Assembly (NCBI GenBank): GCA_965203905.1
Contig: CBDBDQ010000005.1
Coordinates: 2,656,001 to 2,720,000 of the forward strand
Reading direction: 5' to 3'
DNA from: Spirochaetia bacterium
GTDB taxonomy: Bacteria > Spirochaetota > Spirochaetia > SZUA-6 > Bin103
Length of the DNA stretch: 64,000 nt
Shown here: piece after piece, positions 1 to 9,481 of the stretch
How positions within the stretch are numbered: the stretch's first letter is position 1
Layout of the letters: every line of letters begins with the position of its first letter
The notes under the pieces: generated by a model
What the model saw: the letters and a program-made list of their open reading frames with translations, nothing else
Told to the model about the DNA's origin: nothing
Database searches by the model: none
Position numbers and translations under genes: made by a program

Positions 1-119
1 GTCGAGTGCGGCAAGCTCCTTCCGATCACGTTCGGCGCGCCGGAGTGCCCGCAGATGGCTCCACGTGGCCTCCTTGATGAACGCCGATCGGTTTCTGGGC
101 TCGACCTCCTCGGAAAGGA

Positions 120-168
120 CCCGCAAGAGCTCGTCGGATAGTGTTACAGATGTCTTGACTTTCATACC
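120..168 (+). repeat. 49-bp direct repeat, copy 1 (resembles an IS481-type end)
   Basis: 45/49 identical to 3248-3296; ends GTTACAGATGTCTTGACTTTCATACC, reminiscent of IS481-family right ends (inference). Confidence 0.7.
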
Positions 169-263
169 CCAAAACCGGCACGGCTACGGCAAGCCGCCGC
201 GGCTGACGATGAGGAGCGGAACCGTGACGGTACGCCGGTCCACACCAGGAGGCCGCCTCACAC

Positions 264-921
264 CTATTGACGGGACCTCCGTTGCTGCGTCCCTTGGTTC
301 TGTCGCTGGAAGTCCTGGCGAACACTGGGAATGTTTATGCTTCCCCAACAACACTGGGTCAGTTGCGCCCCGGCGGGTGGAAACGCCCCATGGATGACCT
401 TGAGACCCCGTGTTTGTAGAAACTCGGCCAGCGGTACGAAATCCTGGTCGGCCGAGACCAGCACCGGCGATATCGTAGTTCTTTATCCAAGCGAGGCTGA
501 TCATATCCGTCGCCATCCGAACGTCGACGCCCTTTTCCTCGGTCCCGCGCATGTCGGCGCTGCAAGAGGGACAGACAGTCACGGGCGTAAGACACGTCGG
601 ACACTTAGGCGGTGAACGCTTCTTCTGACGGGGGACCATCGAAACCGTTACGCCCGGAAATGTGCCGACGACCGTTGTCGCCCACTGATGGAGCTTCTTT
701 TCTGTGATTCGGTCGTATGACCCGTAGAAGTTTAGTCCTTGATACTCGCCGGTTGCGGTAGCGTCGACCTTCGCGACCGCTGCGCGCGCTAGCTTAGGAC
801 CAAGCTTCGCCCAATCTGTCGCGAAGGTTGAGTCTACGTTGTCACGCATGGTCAGGGTGTAGTTCCAGAAATCGACGAACACCCTTACGCGGTGGCGTTG
901 TTGTTGGTCATCATCGGGCAC
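264..921 (-). CDS. NYN (LabA/DUF88 PIN-fold) protein with zinc-ribbon insert, frameshifted near 465
   Basis: Motifs VFVDFWN, CPTC/CPSC and EKGVDVRMATDM in ORF 184..921, continued by LVSADQDFVP in ORF 264..464; one extra base at YDIA-G/V. Confidence 0.8.
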
Positions 922-942
922 TGGTTGGGTCCTAATGAAATA

Positions 943-1015
943 CAGGGACGCATAAGGCGCCCCTGGGGTTCAAATGATCGGACTCCGTGTGTCCCTATCT
1001 GGGCGGCAGTCCGAT
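943..1015 (-). promoter_or_regulatory. Two hairpins in the 5' leader of the NYN gene
   Basis: ATCGGACT(977-984)/AGTCCGAT(1008-1015) and CAGGGACGC/GCGCCCCTG (943-965). Confidence 0.4.
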
Positions 1016-1045
1016 GGGTAATGATGCTCCTTAGAAACCAAGCAT

Positions 1046-2440
1046 TCAGGCAGCCTCCGGAACGAGTTTGAAGCCGAGAGCGCGGGCCTGATTTCGAAGT
1101 CGCCGTTCATGGCGTTTACGGTCCTGGCGCTGTTGCTGGAGCAGAACGTTGTCATCGTAGAGGACGTGGCGGGTCACCAGGTGGTAGATGATGCGCGCCA
1201 GCTTGTGGGCGGTGTCGGTAATCGCCTGCGGGGAGCCGACGCGGGCCCGCTTGCGGCGGAAGAAGTCACCGAGCGCGGAGTGGCTGCGGTACAGGGTCTG
1301 GGTTGCCATGCGCAGCGCCTGTGCCGCACGGTTGGCGCCGGGCCCCGTCTGAGAGCTGATCACCTTGCCGCCGGTGATCTTGTTCTGCGGACAGAGGTTC
1401 AACCAGGATGCGAACTGCGCGGCGCTCGGAAAGCGTGACAGATCGGGGCCGAGTTCGCTGAACAGCACCAGCGCGGTAGTGTCGCCGATACCGGGAATGA
1501 GGGTCAGGTCGGTGCCGAACAACCGCGTCAGGTGGGCTTTCATGTTGCACGCTTGCGGAGGCGACGCAGGCGGTTCCGGGCCCGGTTCAGGGGATTCCGG
1601 CGGTTGCTGGTCGGTAGCGGTCGCGGCGGGCGGCTCCTGGGTCTGCTCGAACGCGCGGATGCGGGCCATGATCTCCTGGTCACACTCACTGATGAGCTGC
1701 TGGTAGTGCGCATAGGTCTGGCGTGCGTGGCGCAAGGTGAACAGATGTTCGCTGCGCCAATCACCCTCCAGAGCCTTGATCAGGGTGGCACGGCTGGCCT
1801 TGATCCGCGGGTGCGCCAGCTTCGCCAAGCGCGTCGGGTCGCGCTCTCCGTCCAGGATGGCGTCGGTGATGGCCAGGCCGCTGAGCCCGGTCAGATCGGA
1901 GATCGCGTGGTGCAGATGGACGTTCATCTGATCGAACGCCTTCTGCATGTGCAGTACGCTGCGGGAGGCGGTCTTGATCACGCTGTCGCGATGGCGCAAC
2001 AAGGAGCGCACCGCACATACCTCGTCAGCCGGTCGGAACGAGCCGCGCAGAAACCCTACCGAGTGCAGGCAACGCAGCCATTCGCAGTCCTCGACGTCGC
2101 TCTTGCGACCGGGCACCGAGCGCACGTGGCGAGCGTTGACCAGCACCACCTCGAAGCCGCGTGCTTCCAGGATCTGGTGCACCGGGATCCAGTACACGCC
2201 GGTCGACTCCATGGCCACCGTGGTTACCTGGCAGGTACTCAGCCAATCGGCCAAGGCATGCAGATCGCGGGTAAAGGTCGGGAACGATTGGATCGGCTGC
2301 TCGGCGCGCTCAGCGCGTACCGCCGCGTAGATCATGGTGGCGCCCACATCCAGGCCTGCCGCCTCGGGGTGCACCACCTGCGGCTGCGCCGAGCGATTGC
2401 CCTTGCCGCTGCGTTTGCTTCTGCGTTTGCGTCGTGCCAT
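1046..2440 (-). CDS. IS110 family transposase/recombinase
   Basis: DEDD RuvC-like motifs GLDVG, AMESTGVYW, KSDVED; C-terminal IPGIG...AHKLARIIY; AGGAGG RBS before ATG 2440. Confidence 0.95.
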   Translation of the reverse strand: MARRKRRSKRSGKGNRSAQPQVVHPEAAGLDVGATMIYAAVRAERAEQPIQSFPTFTRDLHALADWLSTCQVTTVAMESTGVYWIPVHQILEARGFEVVLVNARHVRSVPGRKSDVEDCEWLRCLHSVGFLRGSFRPADEVCAVRSLLRHRDSVIKTASRSVLHMQKAFDQMNVHLHHAISDLTGLSGLAITDAILDGERDPTRLAKLAHPRIKASRATLIKALEGDWRSEHLFTLRHARQTYAHYQQLISECDQEIMARIRAFEQTQEPPAATATDQQPPESPEPGPEPPASPPQACNMKAHLTRLFGTDLTLIPGIGDTTALVLFSELGPDLSRFPSAAQFASWLNLCPQNKITGGKVISSQTGPGANRAAQALRMATQTLYRSHSALGDFFRRKRARVGSPQAITDTAHKLARIIYHLVTRHVLYDDNVLLQQQRQDRKRHERRLRNQARALGFKLVPEAA

Positions 2441-2449
2441 GACTCCTCC

Positions 2450-2650
2450 TGGGAATGAGTGGAGCGGCCAAGGCGTGAAGCAACTGCGCATTCTCCTTAT
2501 CGGGATGGATCACCACCGCAACCGGTCGCGGGCTGAGCCTCACCAATGACAACGCCACGGGCCTCGGGACCAAGCTTGACAACGGGTTCGCCGCAGGGCG
2601 CTACACCAGTGCATCGCCGGCCTACTTCGCGCTCCCTCGAAGACTAACCC
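2450..2650 (-). ncRNA. Putative IS110 bridge RNA
   Basis: TATACT -10 box at 2653-2658 (minus); segments match donor junction (TAAGGAGAA, 2491-2499) and target (GGGAG 2632-2636; GATGC 2611-2615). Confidence 0.65.
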
Positions 2651-3247
2651 CCAGTATAGGCTTGCAGCCCTGTTTCTCCCATGCCAACTCCGGTCCGTCC
2701 CGGCCCGGGGGGTGAGCTTGACAGCATAAGCCTGGACGTACAGTCACGACAACCCCTCTCTATATGTACGAGGGGAGGGGCAAGGACCTGTCCCGAGCGG
2801 CCCCCCTGAGACTCGCGCGCCTACCTTGTACCGGCGACGACCGGCCCACGTCACCCTCAGCAGTTGGGCTCATGCGTGTCTGGCTCCCACCGCGAGCCGT
2901 CCGTGAACGTCCTCCCCTAGCCCACTATCGTCCACCCGCACCGCCAAGTCGAACCATGACACGGTCCAGGTTCCCCGAACGGTCGCGCTGGGGGCTATCG
3001 TCTCACCCGGCCCCTGCCATCGGCACGTGCACCGGGCCGGCGTGGTCGAGCAGTACAGAGTCCTGCCGTTGCTTGCGTAGAATCTCAACCCATCCTGCCG
3101 GCTCATCCGCCCGTTGCGCATGATGCTGTCAAGCTATCCTACGGGCCGGAGCACTGCGTTGCATGGAAGAAACATGGAAGAGTCGGTACCGTGGGCGACA
3201 TCTTCGAGTGGGGGGGAAGTAGGCCGGCCCTGCATTGGTGTGATCCG

Positions 3248-3296
3248 CCCGCAAGAGCTCTTCGGACAGAGTTACCGATGTCTTGACTTTCATACC
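3248..3296 (+). repeat. 49-bp direct repeat, copy 2
   Basis: 45/49 identical to 120-168. Confidence 0.7.
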
Positions 3297-3321
3297 ACTA
3301 CAAGTACCACTCTGAGGAAGG

Positions 3322-4015
3322 ATGTGTCAGCACCACGCACGGTGGAGTGTGGGCGATGTCGTCGTGCTCAGATACCTGGGCCGGATTCGGGCGGGGATGC
3401 CGGCGATCATGGTCGACGACGGCCGCAAACGGGTGCTGGTCTACCCGCCTCACGGTACGCTGTGGTTCGGTGCCCCGGAAACCGGCGGCGGGCCGTACCG
3501 AGCGGGTCCGCGCGATGGCCCGCGGGGAGACGGTGGTGACGGGACGTCTGGTCCCGTGGCGTAACCACCTGCTGCGCGTGCTGCTGCCGGGGCGGCCCTT
3601 TTCGGTGTGGCTGTTGTGGTCCCCGGAGTGGGAGTTCATGTCCTACTACGTCAACCTGGAGACGCCGTTCGCGCGCTCCGCGGTGGGGTTCGATTCCAGC
3701 GACCACACCCTCGACCTGTGCGTGCGCGCCGACCGCACCTGGTACTACAAGGATCAGGACGAGCTGGACGCCCGCGTTGAGGTGGGCCTGGTGGATGCGC
3801 AGGCGGCCGCCCAGGTGCGGCGCGACGCGGAACAGGCCGTCGCGCTGATCGAGGACTGGCGGCCGCCGTTCAGTTCCGGGCTCGAAGCCTGGCGGCCCGA
3901 TCCGGCCTGGCCCCTGCCCGAGCTGCCGCCGGGGTGGGATGCGCATCCCGCGACGATCGAGCCCTGGCTGCGGATGCCGCCCGGCGGCGCCGGCCGCTCT
4001 GCCGGAGTCACATGA
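3322..4015 (+). CDS. DUF402 domain protein, paralogue 1 (frameshift ~3491)
   Basis: YYVNLETPF...DHTLDL...KDQDEL; N-terminus WSVGDVVVLR lies in another frame and matches the neighbouring paralogue. Confidence 0.8.
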
Positions 4016-4737
4016 CCGGTCGGTGGAGCGCCGGAGATCACGTGGTGCTGCGCGCCGTCGGTCCGTTCATGGTGGGCAAGCCCGCTGTCGTCGTCGAGGA
4101 CCGCGCGGACCGCGTATTGTTGTACGTGCCCGATGGAACGCGGTGGTTCGCCCCGAGCACTTCAAGCCCGCCGCCCGGGGGCCGCATCGGATTGATCCGC
4201 GCATTCGCCCGGGGCGAGCTGACGCTGACGGGGCGTCTGACCCCGTGGCGCAACCACGTGGTCCACGTGCTGCTGCCGGGGCGGCCCTTCTCGGTGTGGC
4301 TGTTCTGGTCGCCGAAGTGGGAGTTCAGCTCCTACTACGTCAACCTGGAGACCCCGTTCGCCCGCTCGCCGGCAGGGTTCGACTCCTGCGACCACGTCCT
4401 GGACGTCTGCGTCCGGCCCGATCGGACGTGGTACTACAAGGACCGCGACGAGTTGGAGGTGTGTGTGGAGGTGGGCCTGATGAGCGGTGCGCTGGCCGAC
4501 CGGGTGCGGCGCGACGCCGAGGAGGCGATTGCGCTGATCGAAGCCTGGCAGGCGCCGTTCGACGCCGGGCTCGAGGAGTGGCGGCCCGATCCCGCCTGGC
4601 CGCTGCCGGCTCTGCCGCCGGGATGGGACGCGCATCCCTCGGCGATCCAATCCTGGGTGCGGCTGCCGGCCGCCGGCTCCGGTCGCGGCGCCGGGTACCC
4701 GGTTCAGCGCGGCTCGCGGGCGCCGCGCACGCCGTAG
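4012..4737 (+). CDS. DUF402 domain protein, paralogue 2
   Basis: YYVNLETPF...DHVLDV...KDRDEL; ATGA overlap with paralogue 1. Confidence 0.85.
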   Translation: MTGRWSAGDHVVLRAVGPFMVGKPAVVVEDRADRVLLYVPDGTRWFAPSTSSPPPGGRIGLIRAFARGELTLTGRLTPWRNHVVHVLLPGRPFSVWLFWSPKWEFSSYYVNLETPFARSPAGFDSCDHVLDVCVRPDRTWYYKDRDELEVCVEVGLMSGALADRVRRDAEEAIALIEAWQAPFDAGLEEWRPDPAWPLPALPPGWDAHPSAIQSWVRLPAAGSGRGAGYPVQRGSRAPRTP

Positions 4738-5966
4738 GCGGCCCAGTGCAGGGCGGGGACCAGGGTCAGCGCGGCGAGCAGCCACACCACCGCCGAGAGC
4801 GAGCCCAGTTCCAGGCCGGCTCCGACGCAGGCGGACCCGGCGGCGCCGAGCAGGGTCATGGCGGCGTGCTCGGTGGCGATAACCCGTCCCCGCAACTCGT
4901 CGGGCACGGTCTCCAGGAGGAGCTGGGTGCTGAACACCCACACCATGCCGGCGCCGATACTGCGCACTGCGGATGCGATCAGCACCAGCGGCAGGCCTGC
5001 CAGCGGTGCCGCCAGCGCCAAGGCAGCGCCCGTCAACAGGTGGCCGACCAGTATCGCCGTGCGCAGTGCCCGGTGCCGGCCGCGTAGGAACGGCTGAACC
5101 ACCAGCGGCCCCAACCCGGAGCCGAGGCCGCCAGCGGCGAACAGCAGGCCGACCGTGGTGCCGCCTGCGTGACCGAGGGGGAAAACGGTACCGGCGATGG
5201 CGACGCTGGCAACCTGGAATCCGGAGAAGAAGAACGACAGGAAGCTCTTCTGCAGCGTCACTACCAGCACCCGCCCGTGCTGCCACAGGTACCCCAGGGA
5301 CTCGGTGTACTCGGCGATGCCGGCGCGCACGGTAGCCCCCAGGCGCACCGGAGCGGCGGCGGCCGAGTGCTTCTGGTTCGCGGTGTAAGGCATACGGACC
5401 AGCAACAGCGCCGACACCACGTAGGTGGCCGCATCCAGGATGAACGCCGCCGCGATGCCGAACACGCCGGCGAACACGCCGCCAGCGGCGGCCCCGACCG
5501 CCAGCATGGTCGACCAGGTGGCGGAGCTCAGCGCGTTGGCCGGTCCCAGCAGCCGCCGCGAGGCGATCTCCGGCAGCATCGCCACCCGCACCGGAAAGAA
5601 CACCCCGCTGATCCCCACCTGCACGCCCGTGAGCAGGAACAGCAGCCACACGTGGTGCGGCTCCCGCACCAGCAGCAGGCCGAGCACCACCACCGCGCGC
5701 AACAGGTCGGTGACGATCAGGATGCGCTTGCGGTTGTAGCGGTCCGCCAGCACGCCGGCGAGCGGGCTGGCGAAGAAGGAGCCCAGCATGCGCACCGCGA
5801 ACAGCGCGCCGAGGGCGGCGCCGGCTCCGGTGAGCTGCGCCAGCAGCGTCGACGAGGCGATGACGTTGAACCAGTCGCCGAACAGGCTGGCGATCTGCGC
5901 GAACCACAAGAGCCGGAACGCCCGGCTGGTGCGGAGCAGTTCCCCGTAGCCGCCGCGATTACGCAT
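4704..5966 (-). CDS. MFS transporter
   Basis: ~12 hydrophobic segments; motif GVLADRYNRKR. Confidence 0.9.
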   Translation of the reverse strand: MRNRGGYGELLRTSRAFRLLWFAQIASLFGDWFNVIASSTLLAQLTGAGAALGALFAVRMLGSFFASPLAGVLADRYNRKRILIVTDLLRAVVVLGLLLVREPHHVWLLFLLTGVQVGISGVFFPVRVAMLPEIASRRLLGPANALSSATWSTMLAVGAAAGGVFAGVFGIAAAFILDAATYVVSALLLVRMPYTANQKHSAAAAPVRLGATVRAGIAEYTESLGYLWQHGRVLVVTLQKSFLSFFFSGFQVASVAIAGTVFPLGHAGGTTVGLLFAAGGLGSGLGPLVVQPFLRGRHRALRTAILVGHLLTGAALALAAPLAGLPLVLIASAVRSIGAGMVWVFSTQLLLETVPDELRGRVIATEHAAMTLLGAAGSACVGAGLELGSLSAVVWLLAALTLVPALHWAAYGVRGAREPR

Positions 5967-5985
5967 CCGAGGCTGTCTTGACGCT

Positions 5986-6189
5986 CTATCGGGAACGCTT
6001 GCGTTCGTGGGCCACTTGATCGGGATCGAGACCCAGCCTCAACACCTCGTGCCGCGCCCAGGCGTAGTCCTGCTCGTCGACCGCGTTGGACAACAGAAAC
6101 TCGGCCTTGCGTTCCTCGGAATACACCTCGACCGGCAGAGCGGCCGGTGGACAGGTCAACTCGCCATCCTCATGTGCCCCGTTTGTCAT
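5986..6189 (-). CDS. Small protein resembling the C-terminal half of AbrB/MazE-type antitoxins (probably truncated)
   Basis: LPVEVYSEERKAEFLLSNAVD...LGLDPD; no AbrB DNA-binding N-terminus visible. Confidence 0.5.
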   Translation of the reverse strand: MTNGAHEDGELTCPPAALPVEVYSEERKAEFLLSNAVDEQDYAWARHEVLRLGLDPDQVAHERKRSR

Positions 6190-6345
6190 GTTCCCGCAGT
6201 GTAGCCGGTTATTCCCACAATCAGAACGTAGTTCGCCACCCCGCCAGGACTATCCCACGCTACGCGACCAGCCGACTGCAATCGTTACTGCCGTTGTCCT
6301 CGGACCGACGCTCAACCGCCCAACTCGCACCCCGGCGAGCGCCAA

Positions 6346-7929
6346 TCACGTGGCCCCGTCCGGCGGCGGTCCGCACTCCCGATGCCGGAGACGGTGGTGA
6401 GCAGCGCAATGTAGCCTGAGATTCCCGGGCGCGGCGCTGCCGCCAAGCGCGAAGGGAACGATGTGGTCGAGCTCCAGCAGGAAGCGGGAGCCGCAGCGCC
6501 GCCCGCTGTGCGGATCGACGTAACTGCAGCAGCCGCCGTCGCGGCGCCACACCTCGCGCCGCACTGGTGCCGGAATGTAGCGGGATCGGCGTGCCCGATG
6601 GGGCGGCTGTGCGCTGCCTCCGGACGGGCCGGCTGCCGCCGGCTGCGGCCGCGGCCGACCATCGATCTGCGCCGCCCCTGCCCGCTTCGCCGGCGAAGGA
6701 GCGCTGCGACCACGATCCACCGGTGCCAGCGCGGCCGGTCTGCTCTGGTCTGCCGGCGGCGTCGGCCGTGGCGCCGGTACGGTGGCGCGGGACCCGCAAG
6801 CTGCCACCGACTTCGCTGGCGAAGTAGCGGTATCGGGCGCCGCCGCCGCTGGCCTGGTACTCACCGGCGTGATTCCGCCGAAAGTCTCGCGCCCCGACGG
6901 CGGCGCGGACAACGCTGCCGGCGTCGAGGTGGCGGTACCGCCAATCCCATGCGCGGGTTTCTGTGCGGACAGCGCTGCCGGCGCCGGGGTGCTGCCACCG
7001 GCGATCGTGCCCTCCGGCGTCGACGGCACTCCGGGTTGCTGTTGCGCGCCCTGCTTCGCCGGCGAAGCTGTCCCGCCCGCCGGCCCTTGCTGCGCCTTCG
7101 GCTCCGGCGCCGGGCCCGCGCTTCCCTCCTGGCGCGCACCTCTGCGCCCGCGCGGCGGTCGCCCCGGGTCGTAGCGCCGCAGGCCGTCCTGCACCAGCCG
7201 CTCCACCAGTTGCCCCAGCGTCAGGTGCGGGTCCACGTGCGACAGCAGTCCCCGTAGCTGCTCGATCCCGCGCTGACAGGCAGAGTCGATCGCCACCTTC
7301 AGCTCCCAGCGGCCGTCGCCCAGCGCCCGCAGGCGATCGGCCGGGCGCGGCAGCTCGGGAGCCACCCCGGCCAACAACTGCTTCACCTCGCGGGTGCTCT
7401 TGCCGCTCGCCTGCGCCACCAGCTCCTGCCGCTGCGCCGCGTCCAGCGCCGGCACCGGCTGCGCTGCCGCCGCTGCCTCGGCCCCGGAAGCCCCCGCCTC
7501 CAGCGTCGTCCCCGTGCCGAGCGGCAGCAGCTCCGGTGCCGCGGGTGGCGAGCCGTAGTCCGCGGCGGTGGTGGCTGTGCGCTGCAGGAGATCGAAGGTG
7601 TTCTGCAACTGCGCCGCCGCACTCAGGGAGAGCGAGCCGTCCTGCAGCCGCTCGCGTGACCCGGCGGTATCGGAGCACAGGCGCATGGCTTTGATACGGC
7701 GCCAGGCGGCGCCTTCGCTATAGCCGAGTTCGCGCACCGCGTAGTCGAACAGGCTGGAGAACCCGAGGCGCAGATGGAGGTGGCGGGCGTGGATCTCGCG
7801 CAGGTGGTCGAGGACGGCGAGCTGCAGCGCCTGCTCGTGCAGGACGAGGGACCTGGTATGCGCCAGCAGCACCTGGTCGGGGAGCCCGGAGAGGGAGGAG
7901 GTGAAGCCGGTAGCGGTCGCGGTAGCCAT
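6346..7929 (-). CDS. HNH endonuclease with DUF222-like N-terminus and repetitive linker
   Basis: GFSSLFDY...YSEGAAWRRI at N-terminus; RDGGCC...LELDHIVP...GG...NLRLHCAAHH at C-terminus. Confidence 0.85.
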   Translation of the reverse strand: MATATATGFTSSLSGLPDQVLLAHTRSLVLHEQALQLAVLDHLREIHARHLHLRLGFSSLFDYAVRELGYSEGAAWRRIKAMRLCSDTAGSRERLQDGSLSLSAAAQLQNTFDLLQRTATTAADYGSPPAAPELLPLGTGTTLEAGASGAEAAAAAQPVPALDAAQRQELVAQASGKSTREVKQLLAGVAPELPRPADRLRALGDGRWELKVAIDSACQRGIEQLRGLLSHVDPHLTLGQLVERLVQDGLRRYDPGRPPRGRRGARQEGSAGPAPEPKAQQGPAGGTASPAKQGAQQQPGVPSTPEGTIAGGSTPAPAALSAQKPAHGIGGTATSTPAALSAPPSGRETFGGITPVSTRPAAAAPDTATSPAKSVAACGSRATVPAPRPTPPADQSRPAALAPVDRGRSAPSPAKRAGAAQIDGRPRPQPAAAGPSGGSAQPPHRARRSRYIPAPVRREVWRRDGGCCSYVDPHSGRRCGSRFLLELDHIVPFALGGSAAPGNLRLHCAAHHRLRHRECGPPPDGAT

Positions 7930-8422
7930 GGCGTAAATATACTCATAGCTGAGAAATGACCGGTTACGGCAAGACCCGGACCGGCATCGGGAACGGTGCA
8001 GGCCGGCGCTGGCGGGGTGCTGACGGGCCTGGTGGGAGTGGCGGGATGTTCGAAGGGTCGGAGGGGCCGGAACGTGCGGCAGGGGGCCATGACGAGCGGC
8101 GCCAAACCCGTCAAGTGCTCAGCGCACTTTTTTTCCACCTGTTCGCAGAATCTTGCACCGCGGCGCCGACGTGGCAGCAACGCATCGGTGGACCATCAGT
8201 GGAGACCGGCGTTGCGGGTGGTGGCTCCCGCCCATTCCTGGACACGTCGTACAGCGAAGGAGCCACACACCTGAAGGCGGCGATCTGGCAGGCGCCGCGT
8301 CGGGGCCATCACCGAAGCTCGGCCACACACGGGACGCAGATGTCGTTCAGCATGGGAGGGCCCTGCCACCCCGCGTGAGGGAATGCTCGGACCGACCCGC
8401 GGAATGCGGTAGTCTGTAGCGC

Positions 8423-8848
8423 ATGGAACGGGTATCGACCTCCCCTGACGACTATCTCGCAACGCTGCCGGACGAGATTCGCGGTGACATGACGGCCCTG
8501 GACGAACGCCTCGCGGCGGCACTGCCCGGGCACCGCCGCAGCCTGTGGGAAGGGGTGTTCTGGGGCGGCAGCGAGCAGTCGATCATCGGCTACGGCGACT
8601 ACTCCTACATACGCTCGGACAAGACGCCGGTGGAGTGGTTCATCGTCGGCCTGGCGCGGCAGAAGAACTACTACAGCGTCTACGTCAACGCGGCCGACGG
8701 CCGCCGCTACCTCACGGAGTCGTACGCGGACCGGCTCGGCAAGGTGAAGGTTGGCAAGAGCAGCATCAGCTTCCGGCGGCTCGCCGATCTCGAGATGGAG
8801 GTGCTGGTGGAACTGGTCGAGCGTGCCGGCGTGCTGATGAGCACCTGA
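8423..8848 (+). CDS. DUF1801 (YdhG-like) protein
   Basis: IIGYGDYSY...GLARQKNYYSVY...GKSSISF. Confidence 0.8.
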   Translation: MERVSTSPDDYLATLPDEIRGDMTALDERLAAALPGHRRSLWEGVFWGGSEQSIIGYGDYSYIRSDKTPVEWFIVGLARQKNYYSVYVNAADGRRYLTESYADRLGKVKVGKSSISFRRLADLEMEVLVELVERAGVLMST

Positions 8849-8852
8849 AGCG

Positions 8853-9347
8853 CTACGGCGGTGCGGAGTCGATTTCGTTGCGCGCGAGGTAGACGGGAGC
8901 GTCCGGGAGGTCGCGGACCAGCTCGCGCAGGAACGGCGGCATGAGATTTGCCCGCTCCACGGCGTCGACCGGGATCCACTCGAACCGGATGCCAGGCTCC
9001 GTCCCCCCGAAGACACCGTCGCGGGCGCGGATTCGCGATGTTGCTTCAAGCTGCACCAGGAAGTAGAGGCTGATCTCCTGGTGGCGGCGGCCGTCCAGCA
9101 CGAAGAGATTGTCGGCGGCGGCGAGTAGCCGAGCGATTTTCACCGGCTCCCCAAGCTCCTCCCGTGCCTCGCGCTGCAGCGCGGCGGGGGCGGTCTCTCC
9201 GTACTCCACCCGGCCGCCCGGTACGAAGCAGAACGTGCCGGCGAGGTTCCACTCCACCAGCAGTCTGTTGTCGCGGATCAGGATCCCCCCGACCCGATAC
9301 ATGAAGGTGAGCCCGGCGTGCGAGCTCATGATCATCCGCCTGGCCAT
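8853..9347 (-). CDS. NUDIX hydrolase
   Basis: Nudix box PGGRVEYGETAPAALQREAREELG. Confidence 0.9.
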   Translation of the reverse strand: MARRMIMSSHAGLTFMYRVGGILIRDNRLLVEWNLAGTFCFVPGGRVEYGETAPAALQREAREELGEPVKIARLLAAADNLFVLDGRRHQEISLYFLVQLEATSRIRARDGVFGGTEPGIRFEWIPVDAVERANLMPPFLRELVRDLPDAPVYLARNEIDSAPP

Positions 9348-9481
9348 GGCAGTTTCTCTCGGAGTATGGCGCGTACGACCCGCCGCGGGGTAGGGTAGTG
9401 TGCACGCAAGGCCACTCCGTGGCGCCGGAGACCATGAAGACGATGAAAACGGGTGTACTTGGTTCGTCTGAGGAGCTCACG

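Larger units (their letters stand above)
1027..2679 (-). mobile_element. IS110-family insertion sequence
   Basis: Transposase plus ~240-nt non-coding left end; GGAG (minus strand) at both boundaries (1027-1030, 2676-2679); short subterminal AGAAAC/GTTTCT inverted pair. Confidence 0.85.

Noticed and set aside
2870-3121. 83-aa ORF as a gene
   Set aside because: No recognisable motif or clear RBS
6685-7068. Link between the HNH-linker palindromes and RIT end sites (both contain CGAAG)
   Set aside because: The shared core is too short to exceed chance in GC-rich DNA
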